Positions 53,319 to 64,000 of a DNA stretch of 64,000 bases are shown in pieces. How positions within the stretch are numbered: position 1 is the first letter of the stretch; every line of letters begins with the position of its first letter. A program made the position numbers and the translations under genes. Location of the stretch: assembly GCA_023515725.1 (NCBI GenBank), contig JALDTO010000155.1:655147-719146 (forward strand), read 5' to 3'. The notes beneath the pieces were generated by a model. It ran no database searches. It was not told the origin of the DNA and was given only the letters and a program-made list of their open reading frames with translations. Source of the DNA: Amoeboaphelidium protococcarum X5 (taxonomy: Eukaryota; Fungi; Aphelidiomycota).

Positions 53319-53990
53319 TCAGTTGAATTAGAACCCAGATTGAGACAGCAGCTTGCCTAACAACTTTTCAGCTTGAGCATGTCGAGCATCCATATCCAAT
53401 TTATCTTGATAGTCTTCTCTGAATTACCGGGCTTACTTCACTAAATGCTCCAAGTTACTATCATCATCATCCTCTTGTTCGTCGACGCGTTAATCTTTCT
53501 AGATTTCAACACTGGGCTCCTCTTCCACTTCATCACCACTAAGATCAGACTACTATTATTACTACTGGTCTAGAATCATATCCGCGAGATGACACTCAAG
53601 AGCATCCACAATGGAGGTAAAATCTTCATTAAAATCATATATTTAATGATGTAGACCCGAATCTACGCTCTAATCAAATTTAGAGACATCTTTACAAACT
53701 ATGATACAGTCTTGAGATTCCAGTAGTGGAGTCAATTTCTATAATTAATCATCATGTATTTAATCAACCAAAAAGATTAAGTATCTGCTCTGGCAATCCT
53801 CTACCTGGTGTTAATCACTTAGTACTACATCCACCGTGACGGAAAAGTATTTAGTCTTTACACTCAACGCATTTAATTCTGTGTTTGGCATTTAGTAGTG
53901 ACTCTACAGCTTCTTCAACAGCAATTGCCCATCTTTACCCGTAATGACAAGTGTCGTGTGAATAGACTGTTATTCTCTTTACAACGTCAT
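53319..53990 (-). CDS. AAGAB/Irc6 (p34 adaptin-binding protein)-like
   Basis: VKTKYFSVTV, IVDALECH, acidic linker, C-terminal LEHLVKQARQFRE...RHAQAEKL. Confidence 0.65.
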
Positions 53991-54229
53991 AATGTTCGAT
54001 TCTCTACTGGTTATTATTATTATTATTATAATTACTATTGCTGTATGAACGCGTAGAGTCTGCAGATCAATAATATCGCGATACTGTTGAGAAAGTGAAA
54101 CGAAAAGAATTAGCGAGCGATCGACGAGGAACCATTTGAAAGTAAAGCAATGGCCTGGTAGGAGTACTCATAGACAACTGTCGATGGAGACTGTACGATT
54201 AACATTAAAATCAACAATTCACTTAAAAT

Positions 54230-54677
54230 TCAAACTTGAGTTGCTGTTACTTTGGACGGACGAGCAGAGGGGATAAACCATAGAAGTATGTACGCGAATC
54301 CTATGGCCAGCACCACTATGGACAAGACGAGAATGTACACTGGCTGCATCTCTAGCATGAGAACACCGACAAAAACGTAATACAGTCCCCTACCAAGTAA
54401 GTTATTCAAAAATCCACAATATTCAACTACAAGAAATCTCAATTTAAACTCGGCCATAAGAATAGTGACTCCAAACAGGATCCCATAAATGCCCAAGACG
54501 AATCTACACGTACGGACGTCAGTTGTAACATTAAATATACTTTAGACGTGGGATTTCCCAAAGTCATTACAATTTAAAACTGCCAATGCCAGATATTATC
54601 TATAATATTCCCAAGACTAACAATAAAACTCCGACGAATACATTGGCCACTGTATAAAAGATATCCTTTTTCAACAT
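54230..54677 (-). CDS. TVP15: Golgi membrane protein Tvp15 (COPI-associated); 1 intron
   Basis: MLKKDIFYTVANVFVGVLLLVLGILQI...FVLGIYGILFG...EF...YCGFLNNLLGRGLYYVFVG. Confidence 0.8.
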
Positions 54678-56377
54678 TTTTAGGTGTTATATAGTTGTTG
54701 AGCTTCTCCTGTTTTAAGAAAGTGAAAAGGGAACAACGCGTAAGTAAAGATCTCTTACACGGATTATTCATTCTACTTATAGACTATAGACTTTTATTTT
54801 TCTTAACATTACGATTTCAATTTATTGATATAGCTTGACTTAATGCTATCACATACTTGCTCATTTCTATCAATTTCATCAATTACAACGGTGGATATAA
54901 AAGGAACGCTTTCATGATTCCGGATTCCGGCGGGGCGCCTAACAGGGTCCACAATTCTACTGGAATTTCTAACAGATGGTGCTTTCAAGCTTACTTATTG
55001 CAATTGAGACTTATCTTCATCAAACTAAAGATCTTTAAATACCGCCGTGCGTACGGGTGCCTCCACTAATGCTTTATCCTATATTCGCTACTTTCCAATC
55101 AATCGCTTCACCCTCTTGGTACCGTCTAATACTAAATGTCGCAATCGCCATAGATTAATTTTGAAAGTAGATTTTAGAAGTGGCCGATCTGAAGTCGACG
55201 ATGATGATGCGGCGCCAGATTACATGATGCGATTATCAATAAGTCGCAAGAGTTCAGCATTCTCATTCATCTGGGCAAAGTCTCGCGCTGTCAGCTTTGC
55301 GCATAAAATACCATCAGCATCATAAATGTTACCCGCATGAGATAGGTCAGCATTACACTCCAGTAGTAATTCAACAACTGGCGCACTCTCACAAGCCACG
55401 GCAGCCATCAGCGGAGTCCAATTACTCTTTTGATTTCGAACATTTACATCAGCACCATAGTCGAGCAATAGTTTGACGGCAGTGGCATTAGCCAGAGATG
55501 CGGCAAAGATAAGGGGTGTATCGCCTGATGCGTTCAGCTTGTATAGACTAGATTTATTACGCGAGAGGAGAGCCAGGAGAGCGGGAATATTATCCAACTT
55601 GATGTATAAAAAGATCTTGGGCTCCTACAAAGACTGCGAGCCACTTATACCATCCATCGAAGAGTCATATCTGTCAGCTGGAGGCTATAGAGGTCCTTGA
55701 ACAGCTTCTAAAAAATAAAAATTACGCGCCTTCTAAGCAATCTAAATACAATCTAGGCCACAGTTGTTTTTCAGTCGAATGTCTGCACCTTTATCCAAAA
55801 GAAGTTTGGCCACAAGGGTGCTGTCTGAACAACCTGATGACGCCACGTACATGAGTGCTGAGTAGCCATTAATACGATTCTGAGTGTTGACATCGGCGCC
55901 ATTACGCAATAGAATACGCACACATTCGGAATTCATCTTTGAACACGCTAGCATAAGAGCTGTCATTCCCATTATTTAGCCGCGTTAATTTACATCAAAA
56001 ACTGCGGTAGATTAAGTGGTTAAGAGCAACTATAACGCAGCGGAATTCCCACGATACGATGCAATCATGAGAGCCGACATTCCAAATTAAGTCTCTTACC
56101 GATTACAATGATTCTAAAGCATTGATTAAAACGAATCCAGCAAATACTTTATAACAGATAATTCACCATAGTATACTGCAATGTGCAAGGCGTTCCAGCC
56201 ATATTTGTTTTGTTGCGTAACGAATTAAGGTGTAGCGAACCTCTTGCATAATAACAAATTCCCATCGGCGATGGCACAATGTAATGATGATGCTCCGCAT
56301 ACCTGGCCTTCTGCTCGCTCTCTATCAAGATTTTACTAATAATTCTGCCTGTGATCTATTATTCGCCGCAGAGACAT
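54671..56377 (-). CDS. Ankyrin-repeat protein (about 7-8 repeats); 3' end uncertain
   Basis: GWNALHIAVYYG, GMSALMIASYRG, GMTALMLACSK, GYSALMYVASSG, GDTPLIFAASL, WTPLMAAV; first in-frame TGA is at 54671 unless a short intron intervenes. Confidence 0.8.
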
Positions 56378-56591
56378 ATCTAGAGATTTTTATGATAAAA
56401 TCAAAATTTGAGGAGTTTATAATTTGATGATCGATGGGAAGAAGAAAGTTTAAAAGTCGGATCAGCGCAAACATCAAACGCCCTTTGTAAACTTGCGCAC
56501 TTTTGCCTATCCATTCGAGATTGCTGTCACCTGGCAACGCGATAAATATATCACTTTAGATTAATCCGAATAATAAGCCAATAGCCTGGGT

Positions 56592-56672
56592 TATTTACAG
56601 CAAGAACACCTCCTCCCGGTTCAGCAAACAAGTTTGTGGATTAATTGAAACTCGACGCTATTTACAGCAAGA
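56592..56672 (-). promoter_or_regulatory. Two identical 14-mers TCTTGCTGTAAATA containing the PUF element UGUAAAUA, downstream of the protease gene
   Basis: TATTTACAGCAAGA at 56592-56605 and 56659-56672 on the + strand. Confidence 0.5.
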
Positions 56673-56828
56673 CTGCAGGCGATTGAGCCAACAAGTGCTG
56701 GTGTAAAAGAGAAAATACTCAGTAAAACAATACAGTAGTTAGTATACAAATATCATATTTCAGTACTATACATTCACTCAAGTCAATCAAACAATCATTA
56801 CAGGGCACGCGTCAAAGTAATCAACAAA

Positions 56829-58241
56829 TCAATTCTGTACCAAGAATAGAGACTTGCTCTTTCTCAAATCATTCAGATAGGCACCATCAACTCCATCAAC
56901 ATCTCTTCCCTTTGGATTCAAATGAGGCTTCATCTAGGCTTCTTCATCATCAGCATTCTTAGCGTAGGAATGATAGATCTATCCATAAGAGTCATAGCCT
57001 TCCTTGTTGTAACAGGATGCAGCACCTCCGTGCAATTGCCCAATAACTCTCTTGGTGACTGCATCAAACAGAGGGCTGCCACTGCTACCAGGCTCCGTGG
57101 TACCTCTTGTCCACTTTGGAACAGTCCAATGATCGCGCACACCAGAGCGACCACAATAGTTACCCCAACATCCAGGACTGACAGAGATATCACTGAAAGA
57201 GATCTTCTTCACATCAACACTAGGATGATGGATTCCGACAACGCTCTCAGCAGAAGAATTAGATGCAGACCATCCAGACAGGTAGACATTGAAAACCTCA
57301 GGGATCTCTTCGATAACCTCAACCAGTGAGTAATCAGAATTGGACCACTGAGCCAACTTCTTCATTCCATGAACAGTCTAAGTCTTGCTGGCAGGAGAAC
57401 GATCACCGCAGCTCTAGTATTCATAATTGAACAACAGCAGGTTGTTGGACACATCTTTACGACCAATGCAGTGATAAGCAGTCAGATACAGTTGACGGCC
57501 ATCTTTCTCGGCATTGTTCAACATGGCACCACTACAGAATCCACTACCAGAGTTGGAAAGAATCATGGCGACTGAGCGAACCTAATCTTACCAGCCATCG
57601 CCAGCTTCACAAGCAACATCCAGATTGCAAGAGCCACTTCTTCCAACAGTCAGAGGACGAAACCCGTGGATAACTTTGGATACATGTACAGTACTTCTAT
57701 CAAACTTCAACTCAATCAACTGCAGCAGCAACTCATTGGTATCAATAGGAGCAATGGCAAACTGACGAAACTCCTTGTTGTTCAGAGAGGTGTAAGGCCC
57801 AAACACTTTACCACTAACAGCGTTGATAACATAAAACTCAGCACTTGGACTCAGTTCAAACTGGTCGAATTGCAAGTTCAGAGACAGCGCCTTCTCTGAT
57901 TTGATGCGCAGAGATTGGATACGAATATCGCCAATCACCTCCTCAGAAACCAGATTGCGATCGCTTGAATCAGTCAAGGAGACATCCGCCTCGAAAACCT
58001 TACCAAAAGTATACTCTCCATAATGCACACCAGCCATCTACTCCTCGATAGCCACTTGTTCGCTAGCCAATTCAGCATTGTCAATTTATGCAGGTAACTC
58101 CAGCGCAATAGGGGCATTTTCAGCAACAAACGTCAGCTCCTCCTAAATCTAACGACGGAGCTAAGCATCACGAAAGACCACTTGCGCAGATACAGAGACC
58201 ACTACTGATAAAGCTGCTGCAAATTTCGTTAATAAAACCAT
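56829..58241 (-). CDS. Secreted lysyl endopeptidase-like serine protease (Achromobacter protease I / LysC family), pre-pro form
   Basis: Signal peptide; prodomain ALSLNLQFDQFEL; mature GRSGSCNLDVAC...CSGAMLNN...LTAYHC...SDYSLVE...GIHHP...GTTEPGSSGSPLF...GQLHGG. Confidence 0.9.
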
Positions 58242-58574
58242 AATTGAAATAATTGAATGCAAAGATATGTCAATGCTGTGATAGCAGTAATAATAAGGTT
58301 GTTGTTGATAACAATGGGAAAGAGAGGGCAGGTGGGCGAAACGACAAAAGTGATAAAGGTTTCGGACGTTTCACAAGATCGCGTGATCTCCTCGGCTGGG
58401 CAGTCCGCGTTTCACCGCATCGATCGAATAGAGGGGTGGGCGATGACGGTGCAATGACAAAGAAGGTGAAACTGTTTCACGCGCATTCCTCCCTGTATAA
58501 TGATACTCGTATTACTAAAAGTTCGTATTCAACTTTATAATCATGATTACGTCTACATACCTATTTCACCACAT

Positions 58575-59757
58575 TCAACCGTACTTTTTTATTTCAATGT
58601 TGTTCATTTGCTCTAGTGCCAATTGCAGAGACTGAGTTCCAAGTCGACCGTGACCTTGAGCTTTTAACGCACAGTACAATTGATGAGCCAATGCGAGTCC
58701 TACTCAAATTTCAGTTAAATCACAAGCAAGATTGGAATCCATTTAAAAATAAAGAAACTTACCAGGTAATGACAAGCCAAGGCGTCGTGCTTCATCTAAT
58801 GCAATCTCCAAGTCTTTAATGAAGTGTTCCACATAGAAGCCCGGTTAAAAATCTCTTTTCAACATTCTTGGACCATAATTCGTAAGAGACCAACTTCCTA
58901 CAATATTATCAGAAGCGAACATCGGTGCAACTATAGTACAAAATATAAGCTTACCAGCAGCACCGGAACCAACGGCTTAAATGACAGTGTTCAAGTCCAG
59001 ACCAGCCTTGTGTCCATAAATTAGAGCTTCCACTAAACCGACCATCATTGTGCTTATCAAGATTTGGTTTACCATTTTTGTGTGCTGACCGAAGCCTGCC
59101 GCACCACAGTAAGTCACATTCTTGCCCATAGCTTTAAATAGCGAATCCAACTGAGACACAACATCTTACTCACCACCAGCCTACACAAAATTGACAATAC
59201 ACAAGAACTTGATCAGTTAGGTGGTAACAGCTTGTTGGTCAAATTTACCATAATAGACAGGGTGGCATTGCGCGCACCAACATCACCACCACTAACTGGC
59301 GCGTCAACAGCGAATATGCCTTTCTCCTAACATACCGATGCAATCTATGAAGCAAGAGATGGCTTGCTAGTAGTCATATCTACAACCACAGATCCAGCTT
59401 TTAAGTGATGAAGAATTCCATTCTCTGCATCAAGATACGTGGATTCGACATCAGCAGGGTAGCCAACAATAGTGAAAACTACATCAGACTACTAAGCGAC
59501 CTCTTTAGCTGAATCAACAACCTGAGCACCAAGTTTTTCCAATGGCAGAGCCTTTGCCTTGGTTCTACATAGGTAATGCGCACGAAAATTACAAAGCGTT
59601 TTAAATGGAGAATTTGCATAATAAACCTGTTGAAAACTGTCATGTTCTTGTAGCCATTATTTATTAAATGCTCACACATATAGCGTCCCATAACTCCAGT
59701 ACCAATCCAGCCAATTCTCGACGCCTTGCTTATTGTCACCATTTTGTTGTCAGACAT
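58575..59757 (-). CDS. 3-hydroxyisobutyrate dehydrogenase-like beta-hydroxyacid dehydrogenase; 4 introns
   Basis: [10 protein letters not shown]; [10 protein letters not shown]; VDMTTSKP; [11 protein letters not shown]; [10 protein letters not shown]; [12 protein letters not shown]. Confidence 0.93.
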
Positions 59758-60442
59758 TGTTCGCGTGTTAGAGAGAGACAGAGAAAACGCCACTTATGAT
59801 AATCGCAGGTTAGTTGAGTACATATTATACACCTTATTTATGCAATTGATTACTCATGTGTGGCGATTTGTGTGTAGATTAATATAACTCCAAAATTATG
59901 AGAGGCTCAAAAATCAAATCTAAAATATTCTGGTGGTTGAAACTACTGTTTTGTTACAGATTGCAGTTCTGCTTTCTGTAATTGATGTGCGCTGCAAGTA
60001 TGGTACTAAATACGAGTCTACGTATGTCATTTTCAAGTAAAGTATTCGTAATTTCATTTGCATTCTAGAGAATTCTGGGCATTATTTCAACATATATAGG
60101 CCAAACTTTGGTTGAGACTCTGACGCTATGAGTTAATCTACCTTTTACATGGCTCATTGTCGCTTGTTACTTCGAGTCACCGATATAACGCTTCTACCGT
60201 ATGTGCAGTAAATAAAAAGAAAATTAACGCGATAAATGCAGTGCCATGTACGTAATTAAATGACACTTATAAAGTTTGGTGCGAAGAATAGTCATAAGCT
60301 AATGACGTCCCAATGTTGAATCAGTTCAAGTGGAATCAATCAGCGGTGTGATCAAACAAACGAAATCCATCACATTTAGTGATCAAACAATGACCACTCT
60401 TGTTCTATTATAAACGATTGATACTAGTAGAATTTAAACGTT

Positions 60443-61675
60443 ATGATGCTGATGACTTTGAAACAAAAGACAGTAATTGGTGATGGTCTGCGTCGCAGAA
60501 TTAACCAAGACTTGCTGTCGTAATAGCGCGCACAACTGTCTGGAATGCCTTCTGAGATCCTGGTGTAAATTGCGTCCTATCTCACGATTACTGATATTTT
60601 GGAACTGGCTCAGTGCAACTAGTATCTGAATCATCTAAGTTTCTCTCGAGCCATATGGGAAGGTGTCTCTTTTCAGTTGGATATGGCGGTCACCTTGCCG
60701 AATACCATTTTGGGTGTGGCTGATCAGTTGCATCTCTCCCGCGAGCACTAAAAGCGACAGCTGAGGCAACGGATCCCTGAAAGCGCATCTATTTGGCATT
60801 TGCGCTCAACCACCATGGCGAGTTAATTCTTGATCAATCTTCCTCCTCCGTCCATGTAGTTTCTGCAAAGAAGTTCTACGACGCATAGATTCCAATGGAT
60901 TTAGACTCTCAAGCTGAACAATATCACCAGTTTCATTACTGATGACTTTTTGCGTGTCCTCCTACCCCTACTTCCTCGCTTGGTTGCAGTTGATTTTTCT
61001 AGTTGCTCAATGCTCACGGATTACTCAATTTATGAGCTGGTAAAGCATCCAGAGAGAAGCCAGCGTCTGCGATCCGTGAAATTGAAGAGATGTCACGGTC
61101 TAACATACAAAAGCTTGCATTACATTGCTAAGTATTGCCAGGAATTGCACGAATTGGATTTGGATGGCTGTGGCGCTGTAACTGATAATGGTCTAATGCT
61201 TCTGTGTTCTACACCTCATAACAGCAATGGACAAGTAAGGCTCCCGTACACTCTTCGTTCGTTAAATCTCTCAAATGCTGATTATCTTATGGAAAATGTT
61301 CTCTGCGCTTTCCTGAGATCATTCACCGCAGTATCTCCAGATTAATCTTAATTATGCGAGATTGAGTTGGAAAATACATTTTGTGTAACTGCAGCGTGTC
61401 TCTAATCCATTTATTCACATGTCTGTCTGTAAAACGACGAAGACTGCATCGATATGGTTTAAAGTAAAAAGCGCTCATTCAATCTCAATGTTAAAGGATG
61501 CGAACAATTACTGAAAACAGAAGTGGAGCAATTCAGTATGAGATTTTTACAAGCGATTGCTACAAATCCCAAGTTTAGTAACGCATTCTCTGGTGTCTCA
61601 GTAGAGGAGAATTGTAAACTGCACGACGATTCCGCGACTTCAATACGAAAGTATTTAGATTCTATTCTTGGCTGA
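60443..61675 (+). CDS. F-box / leucine-rich repeat protein
   Basis: F-box MPSEILVQIASYL...LAQCNQYL...IW; cysteine-containing LRRs (LDLDGCGAVTDNGL, VDFSSCSMLTDYSI). Confidence 0.88.
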
Positions 61676-62063
61676 TTCTTATATTATGATGCTTATCGCT
61701 AAATAGAGGTTCTTTGATTAAATGCGATTACCACTTATTGTTATTAATAACCGTGTGATAGCCACGTTATACCAAGATTTCTCAATCTAATCAACCACCC
61801 AGAGGAGCGGAACATCATCGCTTGGAAATAGCCGCTCGAAAGTGCAAACATCATCGGAAGCGGCCAGATCGTGAAAAAGGCAACCGAAACTTCAACACTC
61901 GCGATATTCTTCCCCTCCTCGCACGCTTGTTGCTCGTTCTCGACGATTTGTAATAGTTATTGCCGCTGTCCATTACAGTTCTTCCTTCGACTGACTAAAT
62001 TATTTTCTCACTTGTTTAATTATTTAGATAGATAATCAAGTTTATACTTTCTTAAAGGATAAA

Positions 62064-63050
62064 ATGATATCACCATTGAGTGGAGTTAAAAGTTAATTGA
62101 TGATTGCTGCACCGGCTGAGAGCAAGTCCAATGCGCCACCATCTGGATATGATCTTTATGCTAGATTTGCGTTCGCTGGTGCTGTATGCTGCTCTGTTAC
62201 TCACGGAGCACTTACTCCTGTCGATGTGGTCAAGACCCGTATTTAGCTGGATCCTGAGAAGTACAACAGAGGTATGGTGACTGCTTTTAGAACTGTGATC
62301 AAGGAGGAGGGAGCTGGTGCTTTACTGACTGGCTTCGGACCTACCGCTTTCGGTTACTTTTTGCAGGGTGCATTCAAGTTTGGTGGTTATGAGTTCTGGA
62401 AGAAGACTATGGTTGAGGCTATGGGTGTGGAGAATGCTGTCAATTACAGAACTCCAATTTACTTGGCTTCTTCTGCTATTGCTGAATTCTTTGCCGATAT
62501 TGCTCTGTGTCCACTGGAGGCTACCCGTATCCGTCTGGTGTCGCAGCCTTCTTTCGCCAATGGTCTAATTGGTGGGTTTATGCGTCTGCTGAGAGAGGAG
62601 GGTGTCGTGCGTGGATTTTACTCTGGATTTGGTCCAATTCTTTTCAAGCAGGTGCCTTATACCATGACCAAGTTTGCCGTGTATGAAGTGGCAGCTGAGA
62701 AGATTTACCATATCATCAATGTTCCAAAGGAGAAGTTGAGTACGTCCACCATCACTGCAGTCAATCTGGGAAGTGGTATCATTGCCGGTGTCTGTGCCGC
62801 CATCATATCCCAGCCTGCTGATACTCTACTATCCAAGATCAACAAGTAGAAGGGTGACTCTAGACCAGTGTCCACTCGTCTGATTGAGATGGCCAAGAAG
62901 TTGGGAACTCGCGGTCTATTCGGTGGTCTGGTTGCGCGTATTGTCATGGTTGGCTCACTGACTGCCTTCCAGTTTGCCATTTATGGTGACATTAAGAGAA
63001 TGCTTGGTGCCACTAACGGTGTGGAAATTGCCAAAATTAAGAAGAATTGA
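62064..63050 (+). CDS. MIR1: Mitochondrial phosphate carrier
   Basis: [24 protein letters not shown]; [14 protein letters not shown]; [12 protein letters not shown]; [10 protein letters not shown]; [10 protein letters not shown]. Confidence 0.97.
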
Positions 63051-63441
63051 TTAAACATTTTTCACTAATTGGTCTCAAATTGAAAGCCTATTAAATATAA
63101 ACTTGAGGGTGCTATTGTTATTTCGCTCTGGCGCAATTTTATCGAAGTTTATGGCCAGTGATCACGAATGAATTATTTATTTACCATTTTACGTGTTGTC
63201 AGAATGCAATTAATCTGATTCAGCTATACTAAAATTACCGATACAATTGAAGTACAATACCTGAATGTTCAGAGCCATCGTCTTCGTTCCATCGCCTTCC
63301 GCCTTCGATTGGCGATCAGAGCAGAGATTTCCTTTTCCGCTTTCCAATCTTTGTGTAAGATCGTGCTCAGTAAACTTGTGTTTTGTTCCTTTCCTTTGGT
63401 GAGGAGTAATCGGTGGTGTGAACAGTCATCTCAAGGTGTAG

Positions 63442-64000
63442 ATGAGTATGAATGGTACTATTTTAAGTGAGGATACTGATAATGAGAATTTTTACGATGC
63501 TCAAGAGGATTTCTCAGAGGTGGTGTTGAAGGCTTTCCCTCCTCAGTAACCAGTTGATGATGGACGAGGTTCTATGATGAGAACACCATCCATAGTGGTT
63601 ACAGATGACAACAATGTCAGTACTTCACCCGCTATAGACACTCTTCCGAGATAGAATGCACAGGATAAATAGCCTGCTGCAGTTATTGATGATGTTACTT
63701 AAGAGTTGACGCAATTGGATGTTTTGAGTAGCAATAAATCTTCTAAAATGCTGGAACCAGTGGATCAGGTAATGGTGAAAGATTTGGATTCTGGGTAGTT
63801 GTTAGATGCCGATGCTTTACATGAAGAGTATAAACTGAAAAGTCGACTTGGTAATAATCCTCTCAATCAGCTGATTATCTAAAGATCCGGTTAGAGTGCT
63901 GTTGATTTGGCATCTGATGACAGCGATGAAGAGTAGAATGGTAGTAATAATAATAACTCTTAGTAAGCGCAACTTTAAGTAGGTGCTCAGTAGTAGAATA
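63442..64000 (+). CDS. WDR44 (Rab11-binding)-like protein, N-terminal part, 3'-truncated by window edge
   Basis: FFAT motif DTDNENFYDAQE and VMVKDLDSG...NPLNQLII, resembling the WDR44 VMIKNLDTG...NPL segment; candidate 5'UTR intron 63370-63441. Confidence 0.7.

Noticed and set aside
54574-54771. ORF-track start MNNPCKRS as the TVP15 N-terminus
   Set aside because: A different frame starting at 54677 gives the family-typical first TM helix and splices in frame.

Overview
A gene-dense eukaryotic nuclear window from an early-branching fungal-like opisthokont. It uses a non-standard code: TAA and TAG encode Gln and TGA is the only stop, so the supplied ORF track is badly fragmented. The code and gene content fit the aphelid Amoeboaphelidium protococcarum, which is known to use this code; the species call is inference. 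Re-read with that code, the window holds about 40 genes, including NMNAT, Pirh2, Bub2, an SH3-RhoGEF-CNH protein, a divergent RidA/ALDH8A1 pair, NTF2, gluconokinase, a probable Sld3, HEM3, GND1, eIF3c, PAB1, WRS1, a Rad5-type helicase, a LysC-type protease, MIR1 and partial WDR44. It also holds a complete hAT transposon (17-bp TIRs, 8-bp TSD) and two disrupted Crinkler-like nuclease effector genes. The most striking unexplained signal is that all 26 coding introns I could reconstruct (about 52-76 nt) end in GTAG, 22 of them in TGTAG, and none in CAG. This points to an atypical 3' splice-site rule. Other highlights are a head-to-head 2-aminomuconate dehydrogenase/deaminase pair, a U-UUU-UUA slippery site exactly at the frame break of a nuclease-kinase gene, and five frame breaks that are all -1. 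All translation and intron calls were made by eye.
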